Origin: Horticoccus luteus
GTDB taxonomy: Bacteria; Verrucomicrobiota; Verrucomicrobiia; Opitutales; Opitutaceae
Direction of reading: 5' to 3'
Assembly (NCBI RefSeq): GCF_019464535.1
Contig: NZ_CP080507.1
Coordinates: 3,870,001 to 3,902,000, forward strand
Length of the DNA: 32,000 nucleotides
In this document: positions 23,410 through 32,000 of the stretch, piece after piece
Numbering within the stretch: position 1 is the first letter of the stretch
Layout: every line of letters begins with the position of its first letter
The notes under the pieces: model-generated
Told to the model about the DNA's origin: nothing
What the model saw: only the letters and a program-made list of their open reading frames with translations
Databases searched by the model: none
Made by a program: the position numbers and the translations under genes

Positions 23410-25644
23410 GTGCTGGCCTTCGTCCAAGAAAAAATGACAGTCCCCCGCTGTTTGGCCACCATGATTGACTCGCCCCCACCCGATGCCGCGGGCGGCACCG
23501 CCGGCCGACGCGTGCCAAGCACGCCGGCGCGCCGCAGGGGATGGTGGTGGCCGGTGGGTCTGCTTCTGGCAACGGCTGCCTGCTATTTCGGTTGCATCGA
23601 TGTGCCCTTCCAATTCGACGACCAACCAGCTGTCCTCTACAATCAAACGCTGCGCGACGGCTGGCCGTCGTGGGGGATGTTGCACCCCCCCGCGGATGCA
23701 GCGGGTGCTACCGGACGTCCAGTGGTCAACGCCACGCTCGCTTTAAACTACGCCTTGGGCGGAGCGAACGTGCGCGGCTACCATCTCTTCAACCTGCTGC
23801 TCCATGTGCTCGTGGCCCTGACGCTGTGGAGCCTGATTCGCCGGACGATGCGCCTGATGAGCCCCGCACCCGGCGTTTCTATTGATGCCGTCGCGGTGAC
23901 CGCAGCGGGACTGTGGGCCGTGCATCCATTATTAACGGAGTCAGTTGTCTGCATTGTACAGAGAAACGAAGAGCTGGTCGCGTTGTTCTTTCTGCTCACA
24001 CTGTATGCAGTGAACCGATCCGCGACAACGCGCACGCCGCTGGCCCGTCGGAGCTGGGCGGTGACGGCGGTGAGCGCTTGCGCGTTGGGGATGGCGAGTA
24101 AGGAGGTAATGGTCACGGCACCCTTGGTGGCGTGGCTATATGATCGCACTTTTCTCGCCGGAAGCTTCCGAGGCGCGCTGCGGGCACGGCGGACGCTGTA
24201 TGGCGGGCTCGCCCTCACGTGGGTCTTGCTTGCATGGCTCGTCCTGAACAACGCGCAGCGCGCGGGCACGGTCGGCTTCGGCCTCGGGATCACCAGTTGG
24301 GATTATCTTCTCACGCAATGCCGCGCCCTGGTACTTTACCTTAAGCTGGCGATCTGGCCGCACCCGCTGGTCGTTGACTACGGCTCGCCCGTGGTGCACC
24401 GCTTGAGCGCAGTGTGGTGGCAAGCGTCGGTCGTGCTCGCGCTGCTCGGCGCAACCATCTGGGCGCTGGTGCGGCGGCCCGCGGCGGGGTTTCTCGGGGC
24501 ATGTTTTTTCCTCCTGCTGGCTCCGAGTTCCAGTTTCGTGCCGCTTACCACCCAAACGATTGCTGAGCACCGCATGTACCTGCCCCTCGCAGTGCTCGTT
24601 CTGTTGGTTGTGCTCGCCCTCCGCAGGTTGCCAGGTGCTTTGACTGGGACGTTTTGCTTTGCGTGCTTCGTTGCGCTGGCCTTTGGCACGATTCGACGGA
24701 TCACCGTCTATCGCACCGAAATGAGCCTGTGGACTGAGACCGTAAAATATGCGCCCGACAATCCGCGCGCTCATCTGAACCTCGGTCAGGCGTTGCTCAC
24801 GAGCGGAAACGCTGTCGACGCTGTGCAGCAATTCGAAACTGCACTTCGTGTCCGGCCCGACTATGCCGAGGCGCATTACAATCTCGGGCTGGCGTTGTCA
24901 CAGCAAGGTCGTCTCGCAGACGCCGCGGTCGCGTTTAAGGCGGCGCTGGACATCGTCCCCGACTACACCATCGCGCACAACGCTCTCGGTACGAGCCTCG
25001 CCCAAGCCGGTGAATTCGCCGCGGCCCTCGAGCAATTCGACCAAGCGCTGGGCGAACGGCCGGATTTTCTGGACGCGCAAGTAAATCGAGCCCGCGTCTT
25101 GGTGGCCCTTCACCGCGGCAACGACGCCATCGCCGACTATCAACAAATCCTCCGGCGTCATCCCGATTCGGCTGCCGCACATCTGGGTCTCGGCGATGCG
25201 TGGGCCGCGAACGGAACCTCGCAAGAAGCGATCAAGGAATTGCGAGCGGCCGTGCAACAAGAACCCCGCCTCGTGGCGGCTCAATTCAACCTCGCCAATC
25301 TACTTAGTGCTGACGGTCGTCTCGCCGAGGCGGTCCCGCACTATGCAGCGGCGGCCCAGGAAGAGCCAAACAAGCCCGCTTTGCAGATTGCGCTGGCGAA
25401 CGCACTGATGCGCCTCGGCCAGTCACGCGAGGCGGCGCTCCACTATACCGCCGCCGTGGAGCTGCAGCCTAACTCCGCGGAACTTCGCCTGAACTTGGCT
25501 TTGGCCCTCGCCGCGTCGGGGCGGCTTGCGGAAGCGATTGAGCAATGCCAGACGGCGCTGCGCTTGCGCCCCGGTTTCGGCGCAGCGGAGCATTATCTGA
25601 ACGAGATGCGTTCGGACCTGCAAAAGAGCGCAAGCCGACCGTGA
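23410..25644 (+). CDS. TMTC-like protein: polytopic GT-C-type glycosyltransferase-like membrane domain (PMT_2/DUF1736-like) fused to a C-terminal TPR array (paralog 1)
   Basis: An acidic loop motif, VPFQFDD (DD at 23617-23622), follows TM1. It also has AVHPLLTESVVCIVQRNEELVALFF (DUF1736-like), many hydrophobic segments, and AEHRMYLPL. TPR repeats follow (e.g. AEAHYNLGLALSQQGRLADAAVAFKAALDIVPDY). The start is uncertain, with ATGs at 23410, 23434 and 23461. Confidence 0.8.
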   Translation: MLAFVQEKMTVPRCLATMIDSPPPDAAGGTAGRRVPSTPARRRGWWWPVGLLLATAACYFGCIDVPFQFDDQPAVLYNQTLRDGWPSWGMLHPPADAAGATGRPVVNATLALNYALGGANVRGYHLFNLLLHVLVALTLWSLIRRTMRLMSPAPGVSIDAVAVTAAGLWAVHPLLTESVVCIVQRNEELVALFFLLTLYAVNRSATTRTPLARRSWAVTAVSACALGMASKEVMVTAPLVAWLYDRTFLAGSFRGALRARRTLYGGLALTWVLLAWLVLNNAQRAGTVGFGLGITSWDYLLTQCRALVLYLKLAIWPHPLVVDYGSPVVHRLSAVWWQASVVLALLGATIWALVRRPAAGFLGACFFLLLAPSSSFVPLTTQTIAEHRMYLPLAVLVLLVVLALRRLPGALTGTFCFACFVALAFGTIRRITVYRTEMSLWTETVKYAPDNPRAHLNLGQALLTSGNAVDAVQQFETALRVRPDYAEAHYNLGLALSQQGRLADAAVAFKAALDIVPDYTIAHNALGTSLAQAGEFAAALEQFDQALGERPDFLDAQVNRARVLVALHRGNDAIADYQQILRRHPDSAAAHLGLGDAWAANGTSQEAIKELRAAVQQEPRLVAAQFNLANLLSADGRLAEAVPHYAAAAQEEPNKPALQIALANALMRLGQSREAALHYTAAVELQPNSAELRLNLALALAASGRLAEAIEQCQTALRLRPGFGAAEHYLNEMRSDLQKSASRP

Positions 25645-27572
25645 AGCCGCCTCGCTGCTTGCCGGCTGACGACTGGTCGCGCCGCTCCACCTGGCTCGCG
25701 ATTGCGCTAGTGACAACCGCCTGTCTCCTCGCTTACCACCGCACGTTTTCTGCACCGTTTGTTTACGACGATGATGAAGCGATCATCGGCAATCTCTCCA
25801 TTCGCCACCTCTGGCCACTGAGTAACGTGCTGCTGCCCGGCGGCCTCACGGGCACGACCGTCAGTGGCCGTCCGGTGGTGAATCTGACTCTGGCCCTCAA
25901 CTACGCTTTAAGCGGGCTCAACCCATGGAGCTACCACGCCTTCAATCTCCTGATCCACTTGGGCAGCGGCTTGCTGCTGGCGGGAATCACCCGCCAGACT
26001 TTGCGCTGCCCTCCGCTCGCTGCGCATTTCGACCGAACGGCCTCCGCGCTGGCCTTCGCTGCAGCCGCACTGTGGCTACTGCACCCGCTGCAAACGGAAT
26101 CGGTGACTTACGTCGCCCAACGCGCCGAATCCCTGATGGGGTTTTTCTATTTATTAACTTTATTCGCTTTTATAACATCGATCAATGCACGCCACCCGAC
26201 GCGATGGCTGGTCACCTCCGTCGCCGCTTGCGTTTTAGGTATGGCAACGAAAGAGGTCATGGTCACCGCGCCGCTGCTGGTAGTGCTATACGATCGCACC
26301 TTTATCTCTCACTCTTGGACGCAAGCCGTTTGCCGGCGACCGCGTTACTACGGCGCGCTCGCCGCCACTTGGCTGGTGCTCGCGGCTTTGGTTCTCGGCA
26401 CCGGCGGTCGGGGCGATTCAGCGGGTTTCGCAACCCAAGTATCGCCGTGGCACTATCTTCTCACGCAAGGAGACGCCATCTGCCACTACCTCCGCCTGAC
26501 TCTTTGGCCCCACCCGTTGGTATTCGATTACGGCGATGAGTTGGCCCACCACTTGAGTGAGGTCGGGCCGCAATTCCTGTCCACAGCGGCTTTGTTCGCT
26601 GGCATCTTTTGGATCTTATGGCGGCGGCCGGCGTGGACCCCGGCGTTTCTCGGCGCAGCGTTTTTCATCATCCTTGCCCCAAGCTCAAGCATCGTGCCGA
26701 TCTCCACCCAGACGATGGCCGAGCATCGCATGTATCTTCCCCTCGCCGCGGTCGTCGTCGGCGTGGCAGTTGTTTTGCATCGGTTAATGGGCCGCAAGGC
26801 CGCGTGGATGCTCGCTGGCGCCGCGGCCATCGCGGGCGGAATGACCTTCATGCGCAATGAGGACTATCAAACCCGACTCCGCCTTTGGGCCGATACCGTC
26901 ACCAAGCAACCGGACAATCCTCGCGCGCACAATAATCTGGCGATCGAGCTCATCGCGGCCGGCCAACACAACCAGGCCCGCGCTGAATTGCAGGAGGCCT
27001 TGCGTTTGCGCCCCGGCTATACCGATGCCCGCAACAATCTGGCCAACGAACTGCTCCGCCGCGGCGCCGTCGCAGAAGCCATTGCACAATATGAAATAGT
27101 GTTGCGCGCGCAGCCCGACTTTGTCCTGGCACTCGACAATCTGGGCTTCGCCTATCTCACCACCGGCCGAACCGACGACGCCGTGCGCTGTTACATGCGG
27201 GCCATCCAGCTCGACGCCGACGATGCCACGGCTCACAGCAACTTGGGCTATATCTTTCTGCAGCAAGGCGCTCCCGCGAGGGCGTTGCCCCACTACGCTG
27301 CAGCAGCGCACGTGCGTCCGTCCGAGCCCGAGGCCCAACGCAATCTCGGCGACACGTTGATGGCATTGCATCAAGCGGCGGAAGCTGCGGCCGCCTATGC
27401 TGACGCGATTGCGTTACAACCGGCAGATGCTGCGCTGCGCTTTAACCGTGCACTCGCCCTCGCCCAATGCAGTCAGTTTTCCGAGGCCAGGAAAGAAGTG
27501 TCGATTGCGTTGCGTCTGCAGCCCGGCTTCAGCGAGGCCCGCCGTCTGGCAGAGGACCTTCAACGCAGGTAG
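25641..27572 (+). CDS. TMTC-like GT-C membrane domain plus TPR protein (paralog 2, the most divergent)
   Basis: APFVYDDDEAI, LLHPLQTESVTYVAQRAESLMGFFY, AEHRMYLPL, then TPR repeats. The track ORF starts at 25545, inside paralog 1. An in-frame GTG at 25641 overlaps the paralog 1 stop (GTGA) and is my preferred start. Confidence 0.8.
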   Translation: MKPPRCLPADDWSRRSTWLAIALVTTACLLAYHRTFSAPFVYDDDEAIIGNLSIRHLWPLSNVLLPGGLTGTTVSGRPVVNLTLALNYALSGLNPWSYHAFNLLIHLGSGLLLAGITRQTLRCPPLAAHFDRTASALAFAAAALWLLHPLQTESVTYVAQRAESLMGFFYLLTLFAFITSINARHPTRWLVTSVAACVLGMATKEVMVTAPLLVVLYDRTFISHSWTQAVCRRPRYYGALAATWLVLAALVLGTGGRGDSAGFATQVSPWHYLLTQGDAICHYLRLTLWPHPLVFDYGDELAHHLSEVGPQFLSTAALFAGIFWILWRRPAWTPAFLGAAFFIILAPSSSIVPISTQTMAEHRMYLPLAAVVVGVAVVLHRLMGRKAAWMLAGAAAIAGGMTFMRNEDYQTRLRLWADTVTKQPDNPRAHNNLAIELIAAGQHNQARAELQEALRLRPGYTDARNNLANELLRRGAVAEAIAQYEIVLRAQPDFVLALDNLGFAYLTTGRTDDAVRCYMRAIQLDADDATAHSNLGYIFLQQGAPARALPHYAAAAHVRPSEPEAQRNLGDTLMALHQAAEAAAAYADAIALQPADAALRFNRALALAQCSQFSEARKEVSIALRLQPGFSEARRLAEDLQRR

Positions 27573-27681
27573 GCCCAAAGCCAAGATTAGCCAGACGGTG
27601 TGGCCGTCCGATTAGAGCTCGCCTCAGCGAAGGCGCAAAAGGCAAGAATCCGGCCACGCAATTTCGCTTCTTCCATCGCTC

Positions 27682-29646
27682 ATGCCTTCATCTGCACCGT
27701 CTCCTCGTTTCGCTGGCGCCAGCTCCGCACCGGATGTGCCCCGGCGAGGTTTGGCGGGCTGGCTTGCGGGGGCAGCGCTCGTGGCGGCGGTCGCGCTCGT
27801 CTACCTTAACTGCCTCCACGCGCCGTTTATTTTCGACGATTTTCCGGCAATTGTGCGGAATGAGTCGCTGCGCGGTGGCTTGTCGTGGGACATGTTGCGG
27901 CCACCGCCGGAGGCTGCGGGTGCGACGGCACGACCGGTGGTCAACGCAACGTTGGCGTTAAACTACAACATGGGTGGACTGGCGGTCGAGGGCTACCATC
28001 TCGTCAATATGGTCCTGCACGCGCTAACGACGTTGACGCTGTGGGGCGTGCTACGACGTTCATTGCAAACACGGTCGCTCGGCGCGGGGCTTTCAGCAGA
28101 AACGGTAGCGTTCGCGGTGAGCGCACTCTGGGCGGTGCATCCGCTGCTCACCGAATCAGTAGTGTGCGTGGTGCAACGCAACGAAGAGCTCGTGGCCCTC
28201 TTCTATTTGCTCATGCTGTATTGTCTCATCCGTTCGGCGACGACGGCAAACCGCTGGCCCCGAACAGTGTGGACGGTGACAGCGGTGGCGGCGTGTGCGC
28301 TCGGAATGGGGAGCAAGGAAGTCATGGTGACGGCGCCACTAGCGGCGTTGCTGTATGATCGCACGTTTCTCGCGGGAAATTTTCGGGGCGCGCTGCGGAC
28401 GCGGCGAACGCTATATGCCGGGTTGGCGCTGACGTGGGGCTTGCTCGCGTGGCTCGTGTTGAACAACGCGCAGCGCGCTGGCACGGTCGGCTTCGGCCTC
28501 GGCGTCAGCAGTTGGGATTACCTTCTGACCCAGTGCCGTGCCCTGACGATTTACCTCAAGCTGGCGGTTTGGCCGCATCCACTCGTCGTGGACTATGGCG
28601 CGCCGGTCGCGCACCACTTCAATGAGGTGTGGTGGCAGGGACTGACGATTCTCGCCCTCCTTGGCGTGACCCTCTGGGCTTTAGTGCGTCGGCCGGCGAT
28701 CGGTTTTGTCGGGGCGTGCTTTTTTCTCCTGCTTGCGCCCAGCTCAAGCATCGTCCCCCTCACGACTCAGACGATCGCCGAGCACCGCATGTATCTACCT
28801 CTCGCCGCCGTCGTTCTGCTGGCCGTACTCTGCCTGCGCGCCCTCCCCGTCCGTGTGGCCGGAGCGGTTTGCCTAGGATTGGGCGTGGTGCTGGCGAACG
28901 GCACCGTTCATCGCAACGCCGTCTTTCAAAATGAAGAGCGCTTGTGGACGGAAACGCTGGCTATCCAGCCCGGCAATGCTCGGCTGCACGCCACCCTCGG
29001 AGGTTATTACTTGCGTCACCAACGCTGGACCGAAGCCGCCGACGCCTATCGCGCCGCGCTCGATTTGCAACCCGCCTACGCAGACGCACACAGCGATCTC
29101 GCCAGCGCGCTCCTTCACCTCAACCGACCGCAGCAGGCTCTCGTCCACTATGCAGCGGCGCATCAGCTCAAACCCACGGACCCAGACATCGCTTACAATT
29201 TCGCCAACGCCTTGGCGGGCGTCGGGCGCGGGACTGAGGCCATCGAGTTGTATCGAACCGCGTTGCACTCACGGCCGATGTTTACTGCAGCGCAAAACAA
29301 TCTCGGCGATGCCCTGATGCAGATGGGCCGGCTGCCCGAAGCGATTGCGACTTTTAACGCGGCGCTGAAGCACGATCCCGCACAGCCGGGCCCGCAAAAC
29401 AATCTCGGACTGGCGCTCTTACGCAGCGGTCGGGCGCAGGAGGCGCTGGCGCATTTTGCCGCCGCTGTTCAGTTGCGGCCGGACTCAGCAAGCGTTCATC
29501 ACAATTACGCGCTCGCGCTCGCAGCCACGGGCAAGATTACCGCCGCGATTGCCGAAGAAGACGCCGCTCTTAGGCTCGCGCCGGATTATGCAGCCGCGCA
29601 GGCGCACCGGGCGCAATTGTTATTCAAACCGATCGAGCGGCGGTAG
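27682..29646 (+). CDS. TMTC-like GT-C membrane domain plus TPR protein (paralog 3, close to paralog 1 in the membrane domain)
   Basis: APFIFDDFPAI, AVHPLLTESVVCVVQRNEELVALFY, AEHRMYLPL, then TPR repeats (ADAHSDLASALLHLNRPQQALVHYAAAHQLKP...). Confidence 0.8.
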   Translation: MPSSAPSPRFAGASSAPDVPRRGLAGWLAGAALVAAVALVYLNCLHAPFIFDDFPAIVRNESLRGGLSWDMLRPPPEAAGATARPVVNATLALNYNMGGLAVEGYHLVNMVLHALTTLTLWGVLRRSLQTRSLGAGLSAETVAFAVSALWAVHPLLTESVVCVVQRNEELVALFYLLMLYCLIRSATTANRWPRTVWTVTAVAACALGMGSKEVMVTAPLAALLYDRTFLAGNFRGALRTRRTLYAGLALTWGLLAWLVLNNAQRAGTVGFGLGVSSWDYLLTQCRALTIYLKLAVWPHPLVVDYGAPVAHHFNEVWWQGLTILALLGVTLWALVRRPAIGFVGACFFLLLAPSSSIVPLTTQTIAEHRMYLPLAAVVLLAVLCLRALPVRVAGAVCLGLGVVLANGTVHRNAVFQNEERLWTETLAIQPGNARLHATLGGYYLRHQRWTEAADAYRAALDLQPAYADAHSDLASALLHLNRPQQALVHYAAAHQLKPTDPDIAYNFANALAGVGRGTEAIELYRTALHSRPMFTAAQNNLGDALMQMGRLPEAIATFNAALKHDPAQPGPQNNLGLALLRSGRAQEALAHFAAAVQLRPDSASVHHNYALALAATGKITAAIAEEDAALRLAPDYAAAQAHRAQLLFKPIERR

Positions 29647-29668
29647 CGCGAAGCCTTCACTGCCCGGC

Positions 29669-29700
29669 AAAAAAAAGGCGGCTGCGCGATCGCAGCCGCC
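29669..29700 (-). terminator. rho-independent terminator for the TonB-dependent receptor gene (the hairpin may also stop the convergent TMTC-like operon)
   Basis: GGCGGCTGCG (29677-29686) pairs perfectly with CGCAGCCGCC (29691-29700). The loop is CGAT. On the plus strand an A8 run (29669-29676) precedes it, which gives a U8 tail after the hairpin on the minus strand. Confidence 0.65.
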
Positions 29701-29733
29701 CGTGAAACTAACACCCGATGATCGGTGGAATCA

Positions 29734-32000
29734 TCAGAAGCGAATGCGCATGCCGATCTGCGCCTGCCACCGCGAGACAGAGGAATCGTTCACCGTGGTC
29801 GGGACGCCGTCGAGCGTGCCACTGTTGAACGTGTAATTCCACACGCCGGCGCCACCATTGCCGGCGGCATTATACGTCGCACCGGCGACGCCACGACGAT
29901 AGGAGAACGGCACCTCGTATTGCAGGCCCCACTTGTTATCGATGATGTTCCAGAAGTTCAAGATGCTGGCATAGAGCTCCGCTTTTAGGTGACCGTGGAT
30001 CGGAATTTCCTGCGTGAACTTCAAATCGATCGTCTGCTGCCACGGCGAAACTTCCGAATTCCGGGACGGATGGGTGCCCAGGTAGTTCTTCAGGTCGGTG
30101 GAGTTGACGTAGGCGAAAAAGGCATCGCGCTCGGTCGTGCTCGCCCACGCGACTTTGGGGTCGTTGGGACCCGTCGGCACGTAGAGTAGATCGTTGAACG
30201 TGTAGCCGTCACCGTTGGCGTCACCGCGGAACACCCAAGAATACGGATGGCCCGTGCGGCCTTGATAAACGATCGCCGCGGTCGTTTTGTAGTCACGGAT
30301 GAGTTCGAACTGGCGCGTGAGCTGGATGACGATGCGGTCCTTGATGTTCGTGTTGGAAGTGGAGGCCACATCCTCATTCGGATTGAACACCGCGCGATTC
30401 GAGTAGTTCGAGCTCGCGGTCGACGAGGTCATCGGACTCACCTCCGTCGCGTGACCACGGGTCCACGAAGCGGACCAGGACCAGTCATTCTTCATCGGCC
30501 GATAGAGCGACAACGTAACACCGTGGCTCTCGCCCTTGTTGGTGTTGGTCATGTAGAAGACGTCGGCAAACGAGCTGTTGCGCCGGCGACCGCTGGAGCT
30601 GGCACTTGTGCCGGACGTGGGCGTGCCAGCGTAGGCAATGCGTCCGTCGGGCATTGTGCTATTCGCAGTCGCGATCTTGTAGTTGAGGAACTCGACATTC
30701 AGCGCATCCTTCACCTCGCTGTAGTATCCTTCTGCAGAGAACGTAATGTTCCCGAAGGGCAACTTGTGGTCGATCGCGAGGTTGGACTTCCACAGACTGG
30801 GCTGCCGGAAACCCGGATCCGTGACGTTGATGTTCGGCGCCGGAGGCGAGCCCGCCGGGACCGTTTGGTTGTTAGGATCCGGGTTGAAGGTCAGACCGGG
30901 AATGCCACCGGTATTAAATGCACCGACCGCACCCGTGGCACCGGCGTTGGAATAGGCGTTGGAAATCCACACGGCCGGGTTCTTCCCTTGGAAGAGGCCA
31001 ATGCCGCCGCGCAGTTGAGTCTTTCGCTCTGTCTTGAACTCATAGGTGAATCCGATGCGCGGCGCGATGGTCGCGTTGCCGTTGTTGGTCGTGTTGTTTT
31101 GCGTGACCGCCTGGCCGTTGTCGCGCGTGAAGCCCGCAGTAGCAAAGCCAGCGGCAACAGGCGGAGCCTCGGGAACATGAGGATAGTCGTAGCGCAGGCC
31201 GGCCAAAAGTGTCAGCTGAGGGCTTAGTTTCCAGGTATCCTGGACAAACGTCGCGTACGCATCGTAGCGCCAGTTGGCGACCGCATCGTCGATCGAGAAT
31301 CCGGGATTGGCCTTTTGCAGGGTGTAGCCCGTCACTGGCGTGCCCGCAACCCATGCGGCGAGGTTGGGGAAGGTATAGTAACCGTCAGTATATTGAACGT
31401 AGGCGTTCAGATACTTGGTGGAAATATCTTCCACGCCGGCCGTGACCGTGTGGTTGCCGATCGAATAGTCAGCGGAAAACCGCACTTGGGTTTCCTTGGT
31501 GTTGATCGCATTAAGCTGACGGGACGATTCCGTGCCGAGGTAAACCTGGCCGTTCGTGATGGAAGCGCCGGTGTCGTAACGCGTGCCGGAAAGACCGCCC
31601 ACTTGAACTTGGGGAAACGGCACACCGTTGTTGGACGGAGAACCATCGTACTTCGTGTAAGAAACATCGAGCTCGGTACGGAGGTCAGGCGTCCACTGGC
31701 TGAAAAGTTGGCCAATATAGCTATCGGTATTGCGCGGCTGACTGTACCAGTAGTTGCTGAGGGAGGTTGCCGTGCTGCTGGTGTAGTTCGGGAAAATCAC
31801 CTGCGTGCCGTAATTGCGGCGGTAGGTGAAACTCGCGCGGTGGTCGCTGGAGATATTCCAATCGAGCTTGCCGATAACTGTCTTCTGCGTCGAAACGTTG
31901 TCACTCGCGCTCAAGCTGCCGGGATCGTAGCCGAGGGCCTGCGCCCGGGCAATGATGCTGGCCAACTGGGCCGCGTTGGGCTTGAAATTGGCCTGCGGCG
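29734..32000 (-). CDS. TonB-dependent receptor / outer-membrane beta-barrel protein, C-terminal part (5' end lies outside the window)
   Basis: The frame is open to the window edge. The sequence is rich in alternating beta-strand patterns with Gly/Asn/Tyr/Thr. The C-terminus ...RWQAQIGMRIRF ends in the terminal aromatic residue typical of outer-membrane barrels. Confidence 0.85.
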   Translation of the reverse strand, partial: PQANFKPNAAQLASIIARAQALGYDPGSLSASDNVSTQKTVIGKLDWNISSDHRASFTYRRNYGTQVIFPNYTSSTATSLSNYWYSQPRNTDSYIGQLFSQWTPDLRTELDVSYTKYDGSPSNNGVPFPQVQVGGLSGTRYDTGASITNGQVYLGTESSRQLNAINTKETQVRFSADYSIGNHTVTAGVEDISTKYLNAYVQYTDGYYTFPNLAAWVAGTPVTGYTLQKANPGFSIDDAVANWRYDAYATFVQDTWKLSPQLTLLAGLRYDYPHVPEAPPVAAGFATAGFTRDNGQAVTQNNTTNNGNATIAPRIGFTYEFKTERKTQLRGGIGLFQGKNPAVWISNAYSNAGATGAVGAFNTGGIPGLTFNPDPNNQTVPAGSPPAPNINVTDPGFRQPSLWKSNLAIDHKLPFGNITFSAEGYYSEVKDALNVEFLNYKIATANSTMPDGRIAYAGTPTSGTSASSSGRRRNSSFADVFYMTNTNKGESHGVTLSLYRPMKNDWSWSASWTRGHATEVSPMTSSTASSNYSNRAVFNPNEDVASTSNTNIKDRIVIQLTRQFELIRDYKTTAAIVYQGRTGHPYSWVFRGDANGDGYTFNDLLYVPTGPNDPKVAWASTTERDAFFAYVNSTDLKNYLGTHPSRNSEVSPWQQTIDLKFTQEIPIHGHLKAELYASILNFWNIIDNKWGLQYEVPFSYRRGVAGATYNAAGNGGAGVWNYTFNSGTLDGVPTTVNDSSVSRWQAQIGMRIRF

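Noticed and set aside
25545-25640. ATG 25545 as the start of TMTC-like paralog 2, which would give a 100-nt overlap with paralog 1
   Set aside because: The overlapping segment encodes an Arg/Ala-rich peptide with no counterpart in paralogs 1 and 3. The GTG at 25641, overlapping the upstream stop, gives an N-terminus comparable to the other paralogs.
30247-31227. 326-aa plus-strand ORF
   Set aside because: It is antisense to the TonB-dependent receptor barrel and has no motifs.
1-32000. Mobile elements, CRISPR arrays, defence or toxin-antitoxin systems, prophage genes
   Set aside because: I looked for direct-repeat arrays, transposase/integrase/recombinase-like ORFs, small paired ORFs, and nuclease/ATPase defence-type genes on both strands. 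I found none. Apart from the TMTC-like paralogs, the only repeats seen are the twin hairpins at 4467-4520.

Overview
GC-rich, densely coding bacterial chromosomal window. I support about 24 protein genes, one of them frameshifted. I saw no rRNA, tRNA, CRISPR array, transposase or integrase. The high GC content produces many long antisense ORFs and false N-terminal extensions in the six-frame track. I trimmed or rejected these by hand.

Gene order:
- Left end: SDR oxidoreductase 3' end, PIG-L deacetylase, PEP-mutase/isocitrate-lyase family enzyme, and a mutarotase-like protein.
- A PhyH dioxygenase, then a minus-strand block of AI-2E transporter, a second PhyH dioxygenase, a GluR0-type ligand-gated K+ channel, and a membrane-tethered TAXI binding protein.
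- A secreted Ig-like/vWA protein, an ECF sigma factor, and a DUF4142 plus amicyanin-like cupredoxin pair.
- A MYG1-like protein, a frameshifted Cys-X5-Arg phosphatase, an SRPBCC protein, an MFS transporter, a GFA-family protein, and a small membrane protein.
- An nrdB-nrdA ribonucleotide reductase operon.
- Three tandem TMTC-like (GT-C membrane domain plus TPR) genes.
- The 3' part of a large TonB-dependent receptor.

Most noteworthy:
1. The three co-directional TMTC-like glycosyltransferase/TPR paralogs. They have conserved membrane modules and divergent TPR arrays. No donor or acceptor is known for bacterial members.
2. The RNR beta subunit has the Chlamydia-type class Ic ligand set, with Glu replacing the first Asp. 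It carries Leu where the radical Tyr (or the chlamydial Phe) sits. It is paired with an NrdA about 340 aa longer than the E. coli enzyme.
3. A GluR0-like channel (TVGYGD filter inside a periplasmic-binding fold) lies directly upstream of a TAXI binding protein that is anchored at both ends and has no TRAP permease nearby.

Nothing here looks like a mobile or defence island. The content (class Ic RNR, TMTC-like paralogs, pyrimidine-rich leaders without a Shine-Dalgarno sequence) fits a PVC-superphylum or Verrucomicrobiota-like genome. That assignment is inference only.
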